DNA from: Chloroflexota bacterium | GTDB lineage: Bacteria > Chloroflexota > UBA6077 > FW602-bin22 > JACPRP01 | Direction: 5' to 3' | Assembly (NCBI GenBank): GCA_016189905.1 | Contig: JACPRP010000014.1 | Coordinates: 27,302-91,301 of the forward strand | Length of the DNA: 64,000 bases | Part shown: in pieces, positions 18,156 through 27,014 of the stretch | Position numbering within the stretch: position 1 is the stretch's first letter | How the letters are laid out: each line of letters begins with the position of its first letter | The notes under the pieces: model-generated | What the model saw: the letters and a program-made list of their open reading frames with translations, nothing else | Told to the model about the DNA's origin: nothing | The model's database searches: none | Program-made: the position numbers and the translations under genes

Positions 18156-18184
18156 AATATAGCACTGAGCTAACTGCTTGTCAA
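18156..18184 (-). promoter_or_regulatory. Sigma70-type promoter: TTGACA - 17 nt - TATATT (minus strand)
   Basis: Read directly from the reverse complement of 18156-18184. The same architecture occurs at 25572-25600. Confidence 0.6.
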
Positions 18185-18353
18185 CACGCAACAGTTCGGG
18201 GGATTCGAAGCAAATCATGGGGTTAATTTTCAACCCCACCAGCCGGCGATAGGGTGGACAGATTGTTAGGTTAAGAAAAGAGTGGGTAGCGGCCCTTTCC
18301 TTGCCGTACTGATCGTTAGAACCAGCCAGTACGAATCGAAAGGAGAACCCACC

Positions 18354-18995
18354 TTGACAGCAAGCTCAAGCACCCACTCAAACCCTTCCCCTGCAAGTTA
18401 CGAGCCAGCCTTGGCCCATCACGATGGGTTGGTCCACCTCGTCATCCGCCACCAATATAGAGGCTGCCTACCCTACGCTGAGTTGCTTCAGGCCGGTCGC
18501 AATGGCCTTTGGCACGCCCTCCAGCACTTCGACCCCAACCGTAGTAACGCATTCTCCACTTACGCTTGGCCCAGCATCGCTCACCAGGTCTGGCACGATG
18601 TAGCCCAGGCCAACTCTCCACCACAAGAAGTCCTCACTCCCAACCCGCCCCTACCCCCTCCGGATCTCGATGACCTCACCCAGCGCAGCCAAGTTTATGA
18701 TTGCCTGCGGCGCCTCGTCGATAAGCTCCCGGCCCAATTGTACGAGGTCATAGTTCTCTGCTACGGTCTCTATGACCATCCGCCGCACTCCCTACGGCAA
18801 CTGGGGCGTAAACTCGGCATCTCCCACGAGATGACTCGCCAACGCCTGCTCGCTGCTCTCGTCCATCTACGCCACCCTGCCAACTCCTTACCTTTACGCC
18901 AACTCCTAAACCGCAACACGATCACCGATTACGAGTACGCCGACGAATTGGCCCAGTCCTTCCTGCACCGACGAGGAGGCCGAAATGGTCGCTGA
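18354..18995 (+). CDS. Sigma-70-family protein (regions 2 and 4 only) encoded inside the IS
   Basis: Region 2: LLQAGRNGLWHALQHFDPNRSNAFSTYAWPSIAHQVW. Region 4 HTH: LPAQLYEVIVLCYGLYDHPPHSLRQLGRKLGISHEMTRQRLLAALVHLR. TTG at 18354 lies 8 nt after AAAGGAG. The stop overlaps the transposase ATG. Confidence 0.7.
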   Translation: MTASSSTHSNPSPASYEPALAHHDGLVHLVIRHQYRGCLPYAELLQAGRNGLWHALQHFDPNRSNAFSTYAWPSIAHQVWHDVAQANSPPQEVLTPNPPLPPPDLDDLTQRSQVYDCLRRLVDKLPAQLYEVIVLCYGLYDHPPHSLRQLGRKLGISHEMTRQRLLAALVHLRHPANSLPLRQLLNRNTITDYEYADELAQSFLHRRGGRNGR

Positions 18996-20591
18996 ACTCA
19001 CCGCTAGCCAGCAACGCTCTATGGACCCTGCTATTGTCGCTTCGCTCTCTTTCCCGGCCCTCTTGGACAAACTTCCCCTATCCTTATCTGTCCCTGCCGA
19101 TACTCCCCCTTCCCCCAAACCCCACTACCGCTCCCAATACACCGATCTGGGGTACGAAGGCCTCCTTGATCCCGCTGCCTGGGCCAGCTTGTCCCTGTTT
19201 GATCTCGCCCTGCGGCTCATCGATTTCAGTTCCCTCGAAGCGGTACTGGCTCAGATGGTCTATACAACCTCCGCCAGAGGCCACGTGCCTTTCCACCCGG
19301 TATATCAATGTTTCTGCTGCACTCATGGTACACTCTCAACAAATGGCGTCGTACCCAGGCGCTGTGCAATCTCGCTGCTGCCCGCTACGCTGACTATCGG
19401 GAGCGTTTCGGCTTCATAAAGGGGGTCTATCCCACTGAAGGCGGCCTGCGCGACTTCGAGACCAGGCTCGGCTCCACAGACGGCAACAATCTGATCGCCC
19501 AAACGGTCGAACTGGCTCGCTGCACGAGAATCATTTCCGAGCAGGCTATCCAGGACGGCATCCTTAGCACCGACGGGATGATCCACGACGCGGCCTCTAG
19601 AATGCGCTGCAGTTCGGTAGATGATGCTTGCTACCAGCCCGCTCCGAGAAAGTGCAGGGCCAAAGAAGAGAAGGGCCGCAAGGGCTGTGATTGCATGGAG
19701 ATGGTCTGTGCCGAAGTTTGCAAACATGCTACCCCGCGTGATCCCAAGGCTCGCTTCATCGTCTACGAAGGGCACAACCAAAGTGACAGCCCTAATGCGC
19801 CGTCCGACCATTCAGGGAAGAACAAATTCCAGCAGGGTGAGCCTCGCTACGGCTACCGCACTCCAGTTGTGCGGTTGATAGACCGGGTTCGGCGGGACAG
19901 CTTCGTGTTGGCGCACACTCTGCTTGGCGCCAATGCCCCGGAAGACAAGGCGGTCACGAAGTTGATGGAGGAAGGGGTAGCTCGATTCAACTGGGTACGT
20001 TGGCAGTTCGCGGTGGCGGATGCCGGCGAAGGCAGAGAACCTTTCCTAAGCACCGCCTATGCATTAGGATTGCGCCGCGTGGTTGGGTTGCGAAGAGTGC
20101 CCGGGGATGCCGACGTCCAGCAATGGGCCATTCGTGGCTATGATGACAAGGGTATCCCCGTCTGTCTCCACGGATGCAGGTTGCATCCTAACGGCTGGGA
20201 TAGAGAGCGGCGGCGCTACAAATGGTGTTGTCGACGCACTTGTGAGCGTGAGACAGAGCGTCCGGCACCGGATTGCCCGCACCGCTTTGACGGAGACAAA
20301 CACGGACTGGTTAAAGACGTAGGCCAGAGCTTCCCCGACGGCAGCACTCGGTTAGTCCGAGATGTTCCCTACGGTTCGCCCTTCGCCAAGAAGCTATACG
20401 CTCGTGGGCGTAACGCAGCGGAGGAGCGTAACTCCGAATTCGAGGATTTGGGATTGAAGCGAATGCCGGTGTACGGTTGGGAACGGGTACAGGCGATGGC
20501 GACGGTAGTGGATGTGTGGGTGAACCTCAAGACGATTGTATGCCTGATTCGGGAAGCGACCTTAGCGGCGAACGGGCTATCGCCGCCATAA
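18985..20591 (+). pseudogene. DDE transposase with a DUF772-type N-terminus, split by a frameshift near 19296-19310
   Basis: Frame 1 (18985-) gives …ARGHVPFHPV. Frame 0 (19308-) continues MFLLHSWYTLNKWRRTQALCNL…YRERFGF, so the DUF772 motif is split across two frames. The C-terminus (…NSEFEDLGLKRMPVYGWERVQAMATVVDVWVNLKTIV) is typical of IS4/IS5/IS1182 transposases. No slippery heptamer was seen. Confidence 0.65.
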
Positions 20592-21066
20592 GACAAGCTT
20601 TCTCCTGCCCATGCACTCGTGTACAGGAAATACGTCTGTCAAGCCGCTCTGTGGACCCTGTAAACGTAGAGGTCAGAGTCGGTGCGGGAAGGTGTGCCCG
20701 TGAAACAGCGGACAAACCATCAGCAAAGAGAATTAAGCGGCAGTCGACTATGACAAGCCTGCTACACCAGATCAATAGCTACAGGCTGGCAAAGAACTTG
20801 GATTTGCTTCGAATAAAAACAATCTTGCAATCATGGGCTAGACAGGCATCACGTCCACGATGCAGCTACCACGGTCAGCAGCCATCTAAATAGTATTGAG
20901 ATGTTCCCTGTATTTGCTTCGAATGCCCGTTCGCGCAACAGTTGGCATCACAGGGGTCTCGAAGCTGGCACATGTCTTGCTGCCCTCCTTGAAGCTGACA
21001 GATCCAGAAGCGCCGAAGCTTTTCTGGGTTCTGCGGTCTTATAAGTGGATAGGGAGGGGATGGTAC

Positions 21067-21765
21067 ATGCGCATCAATCTCGGAGTTCCGGTTTATCTTT
21101 CAGACGGCCAGAAAGGGACGGTAATAGACCGCGTAATCGTCGATCCCAAGCTGTGGGAAGTCACCCACCTCGTCGTCGGAAAAGGCGTAGACCTTGCCGA
21201 ACCCAAGCTCGTCCCGCTCAATGAGGTTCAGAGCTGGTCAAACGATCGAGTGAATCTACGACTGACACTCCAACAACTGGCCAATATGCCCGCGTATGTC
21301 GAACAACAGTACTGCAAGCCCTGCGTCCTGCTAGGTTCGGCTAAGGAGCCCGGCAAAGGGAAGGTTCCGACGACCGATATCTTCACCCAGGAAGGATTTC
21401 CTTACGGCCCGAGCACTATCCCACATAAGTCAAAACCGATGAAAACGCACGAGGCCAGGCATGCGCAGCCAGAAGTTGGCGAGGGGTACGTCGGCCCAAT
21501 TGAGCTGCAAAACGGCGCGCAAGTGGAAGCTGTGGATGGCCCCGTTGGGACCCTGGACCAGTTGCTGTTAGACACTTACATAGGTAGGGTCACTTACATA
21601 GTGGTCAGCGCGCCTGGCCTGCGGGACCACGAGTTGCGAATCCCGGTCGAGTGGGTAGGATATCTGGAGCCCACACGCATTCGCCTTGCGGCGACAAAGC
21701 AGCATTTGAAGGACCTGGTTGGCCCACCGGCAGGTAACTACTTGTCAGTAAAAGGCAACGGGTAA
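21067..21765 (+). CDS. PRC-barrel domain protein (two PRC-like repeats)
   Basis: MRINLGVPVYLSDGQKGTVIDRVIVDPKLWEVTHLVVGKG plus a second similar module (GAQVEAVDGPVGTLDQLLLD…VTYIVVS). ATG at 21067 follows GGGAGGGGA. Confidence 0.7.
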   Translation: MRINLGVPVYLSDGQKGTVIDRVIVDPKLWEVTHLVVGKGVDLAEPKLVPLNEVQSWSNDRVNLRLTLQQLANMPAYVEQQYCKPCVLLGSAKEPGKGKVPTTDIFTQEGFPYGPSTIPHKSKPMKTHEARHAQPEVGEGYVGPIELQNGAQVEAVDGPVGTLDQLLLDTYIGRVTYIVVSAPGLRDHELRIPVEWVGYLEPTRIRLAATKQHLKDLVGPPAGNYLSVKGNG

Positions 21766-21783
21766 GTGAAGCCTGATACCAAT

Positions 21784-21906
21784 ATTACCAATAGCCCCTG
21801 GATAGGCCCTATATTCTCCGGGGGCGGGGCCTGAAGTCCTTCGGCGGAAGGACTTCAGCCTGCGTGGGGCGGGGAATTATAGGGCTCGTCTATGACCAAT
21901 TGGAAT
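21784..21906. repeat. Palindromic MITE-like element, copy 2
   Basis: Full-length similarity to 17872-17997, including an identical central hairpin CCTGAAGTCCTTCGGCGGAAGGACTTCAG. Confidence 0.7.
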
Positions 21907-21934
21907 GAGCCCTTTTCTTCAAGGTGCGCGCCAG

Positions 21935-23335
21935 CTACCTCGGCGCCTGATATTTCCCAATCACCTGGTTGGCAGAATCGAGCAGAGATGGATCGAAGAG
22001 TTGTTTCGTGCTCACGGCCTTCTCAAGGCCGCCGTATTCGACCAGGTAGTTCTGATAATTCTCGAGGAAGCGGACGTTGACGTAGCCATTTGGATCAGCC
22101 TGCAGCACTCCCAATCGTGCTATCAGAGACTTGTCCTTTGCCGTGGTATACCTGGAAATGATGTCGATCACTTCGTCCTTGCCCTTGCCGAAATACATAG
22201 CGTCGTGGTAAGCACGAAATCCTTTCAAGTAACCAACCACAAACCGCTTAGCCACCTCCGGCTTTTCTGTCACGAATTTCGGAGATGCCATTATGATGCT
22301 TGTTACCAGGCCGGGATAAAGCTCGTCGGTTCCGGCAAACCAGGCGACCAGCCCATTCTCTACAGCCTGCGTCGCAAACGGCTCCGCCGGAAGGCCCGCG
22401 TCTATGGCCTTGTTGGCAAAGGCGATCATCTGGTCCGGCATCGAAAGCAGCTTAACGTCATCGGCCACGAATTTGCGGGCCTCAGCCTTGGTGAACCCGC
22501 CCTTTTCTATCAAGGTGCGATACAATCCAAAAGCAGGGGGCAGCAGCCCTCCGGCGGCGTTGTCCGCGAGAATCAATCCTTTCAGGTCAGCCCACTGGCG
22601 CACTCGGCCGCTATCCACGAGGTCCTTTCTTACCATTAAGCCTCCAGCCGCCTTGCCGCCGGGCGGTGGTGGCACGTTGTATGTCTGCCCGCCACTTGAC
22701 ACTATCCTGATGTCTACGCCCCGCGCGATTGCATTGAATAATCCCGCGCTCGGTGCACCCCTGCCGATATCCAACTGGCCCGTGCCCAGGGCCGGTATCA
22801 TGTCAGCGCCGCTCTTGAACGAAACGAGCTCGACTTCGAGCCCGAGTTCCTTGAAGAAGCCTTTATCGATCCCTACGAACAGGCCGGCTCCCGATAGTGT
22901 GCTCAGTTCTCCAACCTTGACGCTGACTGGTGGTGCCAATGGCACTAGCGAAGCCTGGGGAGTAGTCGCGGGCTTGGCCGCCGGCGAAGCAGCAGGCTTA
23001 GTCGCCTCGCCCGCGGGCTTCTCCGGCGCTTTTGTGGCAGCAGGCGCAGGAGCCTTGGTTGGTTCTGATGCCTTGGTCGGCGCGGCCGGTGCTTTTGTCG
23101 GCGTCGGCGTGGCTGCTGGCGTGCACGCGGACACTACAAGAGAGATCGATACGAGAGCCACCAATGTCAATCCAAGAAAGCCTTTCACCTTGCGCCTCCT
23201 TTGCTCTTGGGACGTGAGATTCCCCTGAAGTGCGGTTATCATAGTCCCTTGTGCCCCCACTTCTATATCTAGGGCAATAACAACGCCAAAGACAGGGGCA
23301 ACATTCGCTCCCATTTTCGACTGCCGTTGCTTCAA
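21935..23335 (-). CDS. ABC-type solute-binding lipoprotein, NMT1/SsuA-like (subfamily 2)
   Basis: Lipobox (LVVSACTP) and a long PT/A-rich linker. Paralog of 15377-16582 and 39116-40273. The start is uncertain: TTG at 23335 or ATG at 23242. Confidence 0.8.
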   Translation of the reverse strand: MKQRQSKMGANVAPVFGVVIALDIEVGAQGTMITALQGNLTSQEQRRRKVKGFLGLTLVALVSISLVVSACTPAATPTPTKAPAAPTKASEPTKAPAPAATKAPEKPAGEATKPAASPAAKPATTPQASLVPLAPPVSVKVGELSTLSGAGLFVGIDKGFFKELGLEVELVSFKSGADMIPALGTGQLDIGRGAPSAGLFNAIARGVDIRIVSSGGQTYNVPPPPGGKAAGGLMVRKDLVDSGRVRQWADLKGLILADNAAGGLLPPAFGLYRTLIEKGGFTKAEARKFVADDVKLLSMPDQMIAFANKAIDAGLPAEPFATQAVENGLVAWFAGTDELYPGLVTSIIMASPKFVTEKPEVAKRFVVGYLKGFRAYHDAMYFGKGKDEVIDIISRYTTAKDKSLIARLGVLQADPNGYVNVRFLENYQNYLVEYGGLEKAVSTKQLFDPSLLDSANQVIGKYQAPR

Positions 23336-23361
23336 CAGCCTTCACCTACCCTCTTTGCTGG

Positions 23362-24114
23362 CTATGCCAGCGTACGCATCAGAGCGCCGTAGCCTGGGAT
23401 GTCATCCCGAATGTTCATCAGCTTGAGCGCATGCCAGGTGGTAGATTGGCTGGAGGAAATGACGGTACATCCAAGCTCTCTCTCCAGAAGCTCAATATAA
23501 TCGATAGTCGGCCATCGGGGGCAATGAACAAAGACCGTGTCCGCCTTTGTGTCCGCTTCGAAGTATAGCCTCTTGGCTAGCCGGTAGGCGGCGTGGTCTT
23601 GAAGGTGAGCTATATCGGCGTTCCGTTTGACCCCCAGGCCTCCCAGGTTCACCACCTCAAAACCGTATCCTTCAAGAAAGCTCTTCATGTTTTGACCGAG
23701 CCAGTCTTCGAAAGGCGTGGCAAATATCAGCTTCCTGGCCTCCATAGTCCGAAGCGCGTCAATCACCGCCATAATTGTGGACGACACCCGAGCTTTCACC
23801 TTTTGCTGGATCCTGGCGCAGGTCTCGGCCTCACTTCCCACGCCTTGAGTAGTGAACAGAGGGGCGCCGCCGATCATTATCGCGTCGACACCGCTCTCGT
23901 CCAAATCCGTAGCGACCTCCTCGATTGTGGCAGTCTGCCGTTCGATATTTTCCCGGTCCAGTTGGCGAATCGTGCCGGGGCTATGGCGAATAAGCACCCC
24001 CTTTGGGGCCATCTGATAGAATTCGTAAACAAGTTCGGCCCCCGCCGCCGGACCAACATAACCAAGAATGCCTCGCCAACCGTACATCTTCATTACCTCC
24101 GCCAAACCACTCAA
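23362..24114 (-). CDS. Asp/Glu/hydantoin-racemase-superfamily enzyme (maleate cis-trans isomerase / arylmalonate decarboxylase-like)
   Basis: 250 aa, the typical size for this family. Two-lobed pattern with candidate catalytic Cys residues (…ETCARI…, …VFVHCPRWPT…). Embedded between two SBP genes; its 5' end overlaps the upstream gene by 4 nt. Confidence 0.6.
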   Translation of the reverse strand: MSGLAEVMKMYGWRGILGYVGPAAGAELVYEFYQMAPKGVLIRHSPGTIRQLDRENIERQTATIEEVATDLDESGVDAIMIGGAPLFTTQGVGSEAETCARIQQKVKARVSSTIMAVIDALRTMEARKLIFATPFEDWLGQNMKSFLEGYGFEVVNLGGLGVKRNADIAHLQDHAAYRLAKRLYFEADTKADTVFVHCPRWPTIDYIELLERELGCTVISSSQSTTWHALKLMNIRDDIPGYGALMRTLA

Positions 24115-25337
24115 TATTCGTAAAGCTTCTTAATGAACCCGCTTTCGTCCAGTTCCTTCACCACGCTGTTGTCGATGTAGGTTTCTGGCTTGACATCCTT
24201 CGCCTTCGGGTTGGACGAGGCCGCCTCATCCAGGACGGTGCCTATGGCCTCGACGGACGGGTAAGGCGCCTTGGGGATGAGCTTGGTCACGTAGAAATCA
24301 TAACCCTCTTCCAGCGCTTCCTTGTCCTCGGTGCCGCTATACTTGCTGATCACCTTTATTGCGAAATCTTTGTCCTTCTTGCCAGCCGCGATGCCTTCCA
24401 CGATGGCCTTCATAAAGCTTCTCACCGTGTCAAGGTTGCTAGACATATACTGCTTGCTCACAACTGCCGAGGCCATCGGGTAGGCCACCCCCATGTCGGC
24501 GAGGCTGATCAGCTCGATCATCCCCGCTTTCTTTGCTACCAGGGTGTTTGGCGGTCCGAAGATTCCGGCGTGTACGCCACCCGTTTGAATGGCGCCGAGC
24601 GTCTCCGGCGTGCCGCCCGTCTGTACGATGGCAACGTCTTTGTCCGGCTCCAGCCCGTACTTCTTGAGCGCCAAGCGAGCGGCGAAATCGGTGGTCGCAC
24701 CGAACCTGCTGATACCCAGCTTCTTGCCCTTGAGGTCTTCGACGCGCTTTATTTCAGGCCGCGCGTACACAAAGAGCCCGAGCACATCGACCATTCCGGC
24801 AATCAACACTAGGTCAGCTCCGCTGAGATTCACGTTCACGAGGGCGCTGCCGCCCATCAACGCCAAACGCACATCTCCGGACATCAAGGCCGCCGTTATC
24901 GTAGTTGACGAGGCGACAAACGGTACCTCGACGTCGAGGCCGTACTTCTCGAAAAGCCCCTTTTCTTTGGTCAGCCAGGGTGCGGCAAACATTGCCGCCG
25001 TGGAGGCATAAGGCACCTGGAGCTTGATAGGCGCCTTCACCGCTTCGGCCGCAGGTTTGGTCGCTGTGGCCGCGGCCTTAGCCTCTTTCGGCGCTGGCTT
25101 TGCTTCCGGTTTGGCTTCGTTGGCCGGCGCAGCCTTTGCCGCCTGAGTTGGCGTAGGCGTTGGGGATGCTGGCTGGCTACAGCCGACTACCAGTGCAATC
25201 AGGACGATGCCAGTGACGAGAATACATAACTTGCCCTTCGACCGTTTGGAAAGCTTAAACACGACGATCCTCCTTCGCGTGAGCGGCCTCTGTTCGACCG
25301 TCTCAGTCTTCAACGGTGAGCTTAAATGGTCCGCCAA
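24111..25337 (-). CDS. ABC-type solute-binding lipoprotein, NMT1/SsuA-like (subfamily 1)
   Basis: Lipobox (LVVGCSQ) and an Ala/Pro/Lys-rich linker. Paralog of 16602-17771. The true start may be internal. Confidence 0.8.
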   Translation of the reverse strand: MADHLSSPLKTETVEQRPLTRRRIVVFKLSKRSKGKLCILVTGIVLIALVVGCSQPASPTPTPTQAAKAAPANEAKPEAKPAPKEAKAAATATKPAAEAVKAPIKLQVPYASTAAMFAAPWLTKEKGLFEKYGLDVEVPFVASSTTITAALMSGDVRLALMGGSALVNVNLSGADLVLIAGMVDVLGLFVYARPEIKRVEDLKGKKLGISRFGATTDFAARLALKKYGLEPDKDVAIVQTGGTPETLGAIQTGGVHAGIFGPPNTLVAKKAGMIELISLADMGVAYPMASAVVSKQYMSSNLDTVRSFMKAIVEGIAAGKKDKDFAIKVISKYSGTEDKEALEEGYDFYVTKLIPKAPYPSVEAIGTVLDEAASSNPKAKDVKPETYIDNSVVKELDESGFIKKLYEY

Positions 25338-25435
25338 GAATGATAGAGTGAGTAGTGCTGTTGGCGATGACAGGGTCGCTGCACGCCTAGCACCATGTTT
25401 CTCTAGTAGAGGACAATGAGGGGTCCTTTATGAAT

Positions 25436-25565
25436 TCTACGCCACAGTGCGGATTCCCAAACGCTGGGGGCACAAGATAGCACGACGTCGTGTTGTCTTC
25501 CCGTACGATGAAGCAAGCGCTACGATGCGGAGCGAACGACAGATTGCAGAGAAAGAATGTAGCTC
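25436..25565 (-). promoter_or_regulatory. Conserved 5' leader element (copy B); candidate cis-regulatory RNA
   Basis: Alignable to 18014-18150 and lies directly downstream of the promoter at 25572-25600. Confidence 0.45.
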
Positions 25566-25571
25566 AAGGTG

Positions 25572-25600
25572 AATTTAGCACCTGGACGGGCGCTTGTCAA
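25572..25600 (-). promoter_or_regulatory. Sigma70-type promoter: TTGACA - 17 nt - TAAATT (minus strand)
   Basis: Read directly from the reverse complement. Positional homolog of the promoter at 18156-18184. Confidence 0.6.
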
Positions 25601-25947
25601 CATGTACTGTGATCCTGGTGATCCTGTACTGTGATCCACAATTTCGGGTAAACGAAAAGCCCCGCCAAATCGACAGGGCTCTTGATGGTGTTCCACTCGC
25701 CGTTGATTCTGTGCTGCATCTGATTGCAAGTGAGCACCACTATCCAAGTTATTGGGAATACCGGTGCCTTGATGCAAAGAGCCGTGCCTTTCGATAGGGG
25801 TTGGTGGGTGTGAGGCGGATCTTGAATCCTTGCCATTCCATGTTCGGTGTTCCTGTCATGATACAGCATGTCAAGCTTTATCCTTGCCTAAGTTGTAAAT
25901 TCGTGTTCCTATTCGTACACACTTGTGATATAGCGCCGGGCAAGGAT

Positions 25948-26166
25948 GTGATTCACTTGTGCCGAGAGCAAGAGAAGTGGCTTTCTGTAGCGGAGGCGGC
26001 GGAGTACCTTGGCGTGACACCGCGAGCGATCCGGAAGTATATCCAGCAAGGCAAGCTGCGTGCCTTCAAATCACCTGTGGGCGGCCGCACCCTATTTCGT
26101 CCAGATGACCTGGAGGCCTTCAGGCAACCGCGCCCGTACGACCGGCGTCAGGAAGAGGCCAGTTAA
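25948..26166 (+). CDS. Excisionase/MerR-type helix-turn-helix DNA-binding protein
   Basis: WLSVAEAAEYLGVTPRAIRKYIQQGKLRAFKSPVGGRTLFRPDDLEAF is the classic excisionase-family HTH. Start uncertain (GTG 25948 or TTG 25957). Confidence 0.6.
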   Translation: MIHLCREQEKWLSVAEAAEYLGVTPRAIRKYIQQGKLRAFKSPVGGRTLFRPDDLEAFRQPRPYDRRQEEAS

Positions 26167-26170
26167 GACC

Positions 26171-26403
26171 GTGAGCCCGAGGCTACCGAGGGTCACGGCG
26201 GTGGAGCTGCTGCGTGCCTTGCACCACGACGGCCAGCGGCCGGTGCGCCAGAGTGGCAGCCACGTGGTTCTGAGGCACCCCCCGAAAAGCCGGGGCGCGT
26301 GGTCCTGGCCAACCATCCGCGGATAGTCCTGGCACCCAAGACGCTGGAGTCGATACTCGACGATGCCGGCCTCACCGCTGACGAGCTGCGCCAGCCGCTT
26401 TGA
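26171..26403 (+). pseudogene. hicA: hicA-type toxin gene, frameshifted at a C6 homopolymer (26278-26283)
   Basis: Frame A gives …VELLRALHHDGQRPVRQSGSHVVLRH. Another frame continues …PEKPGRVVLANHPRIVLAPKTLESILDDAGLTADELRQPL*. Together these make a complete HicA. Confidence 0.7.
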
Positions 26404-26598
26404 TTGGAGGATTCCGTGAAAGAGAGAGCTTATTCCATCATCCTTTTCCGCGACCCTGGCGAGGGCACTTATACCGTGAAAGTGCCAGCCCTGCCCGGTC
26501 TGACGACGCAAGGCAATACCCTCGAAGAGGCGATTGCGATGGCCAAGGATGCCATCAAGCTTTACCTGGAGGACTTGATCCCCCTTGATCCCCCTTGA
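26404..26598 (+). pseudogene. hicB: hicB-type antitoxin gene truncated by a 10-bp tandem repeat expansion
   Basis: HicB N-domain: YSIILFRDPGEGTYTVKVPALPGLTTQGNTLEEAIAMAKDAIKLYLEDL. The repeat TTGATCCCCC x2.7 (26575-26601) creates a TGA. Removing 20 bp restores …EDLILNGEPVPEEDEPPEA…. Confidence 0.65.
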
Positions 26599-26799
26599 TC
26601 CTCAATGGCGAGCCAGTGCCGGAGGAAGACGAGCCGCCCGAGGCACTCCGTGTAATACTCTTTCTCGTTGATGATTTCGCAAAATACACAGCTCGGCAGG
26701 ATGGTAGGGGCTCGGCAGGCTGGTAGGGGTCCTTCAGCGGAAGGAGTAGTCGCCCTCCTTGGGGGGAACGACCTACCTATTCGCGAAACGACCTTCGTG

Positions 26800-27014
26800 A
26801 AAGAGTATAAGGGTGGCGGCTTAGGCGCTGATTCTCGAATTCCACGCCACTGCCCTGCTCAAGGCGGGCACACCCTCAAGGTAGTACAGGAACGACTAGG
26901 CACGCGATGATCTCGGTCACACTGGACACTTACAGCCACCTACGACCAGGGCTCCAGGAGCAAGCGGCACGGGCCTTTGCGGCCACGACGAAGGCCGCGA
27001 GGCGAAGGGTTTGA
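26800..27014 (+). pseudogene. Tyrosine recombinase (phage integrase family) 3' remnant with a 1-nt frameshift
   Basis: …GHTLKVVQERLG then, after a shift at about 26900, HAMISVTLDTYSHLRPGLQEQAARAF. This is the LGH…Y.H catalytic Tyr box. No N-terminal or core domain lies upstream. Confidence 0.6.

Larger units (their letters stand above)
18203..20924 (+). mobile_element. Insertion sequence carrying a sigma-70-like ORF plus a DDE transposase (IS5/IS1182-superfamily-like); boundaries approximate
   Basis: The 13-nt core ATTCGAAGCAAAT at 18203-18215 is present in inverted orientation at 20801-20814 and 20912-20924. Homology between the paralogous promoter regions A and B breaks just outside 18203. 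Confidence 0.55.

Noticed and set aside
22900-23170. Repetitive GC-rich stretches inside SBP genes (also 16330-16450, 17560-17700, 25030-25160 and 39190-39340) that look like tandem repeats or a possible array.
   Set aside because: They encode the Pro/Thr/Ala/Lys-rich lipoprotein linkers. They are low-complexity coding sequence with no repeat-spacer organisation, so they are not a CRISPR array.
25338-25947. Search for a tRNA or tmRNA attachment site near the integrase remnant and excisionase-like gene.
   Set aside because: No cloverleaf-compatible sequence or GGTTCGAATCC-type T-arm was found by eye. A tRNAscan/ARAGORN run would be needed to be sure.
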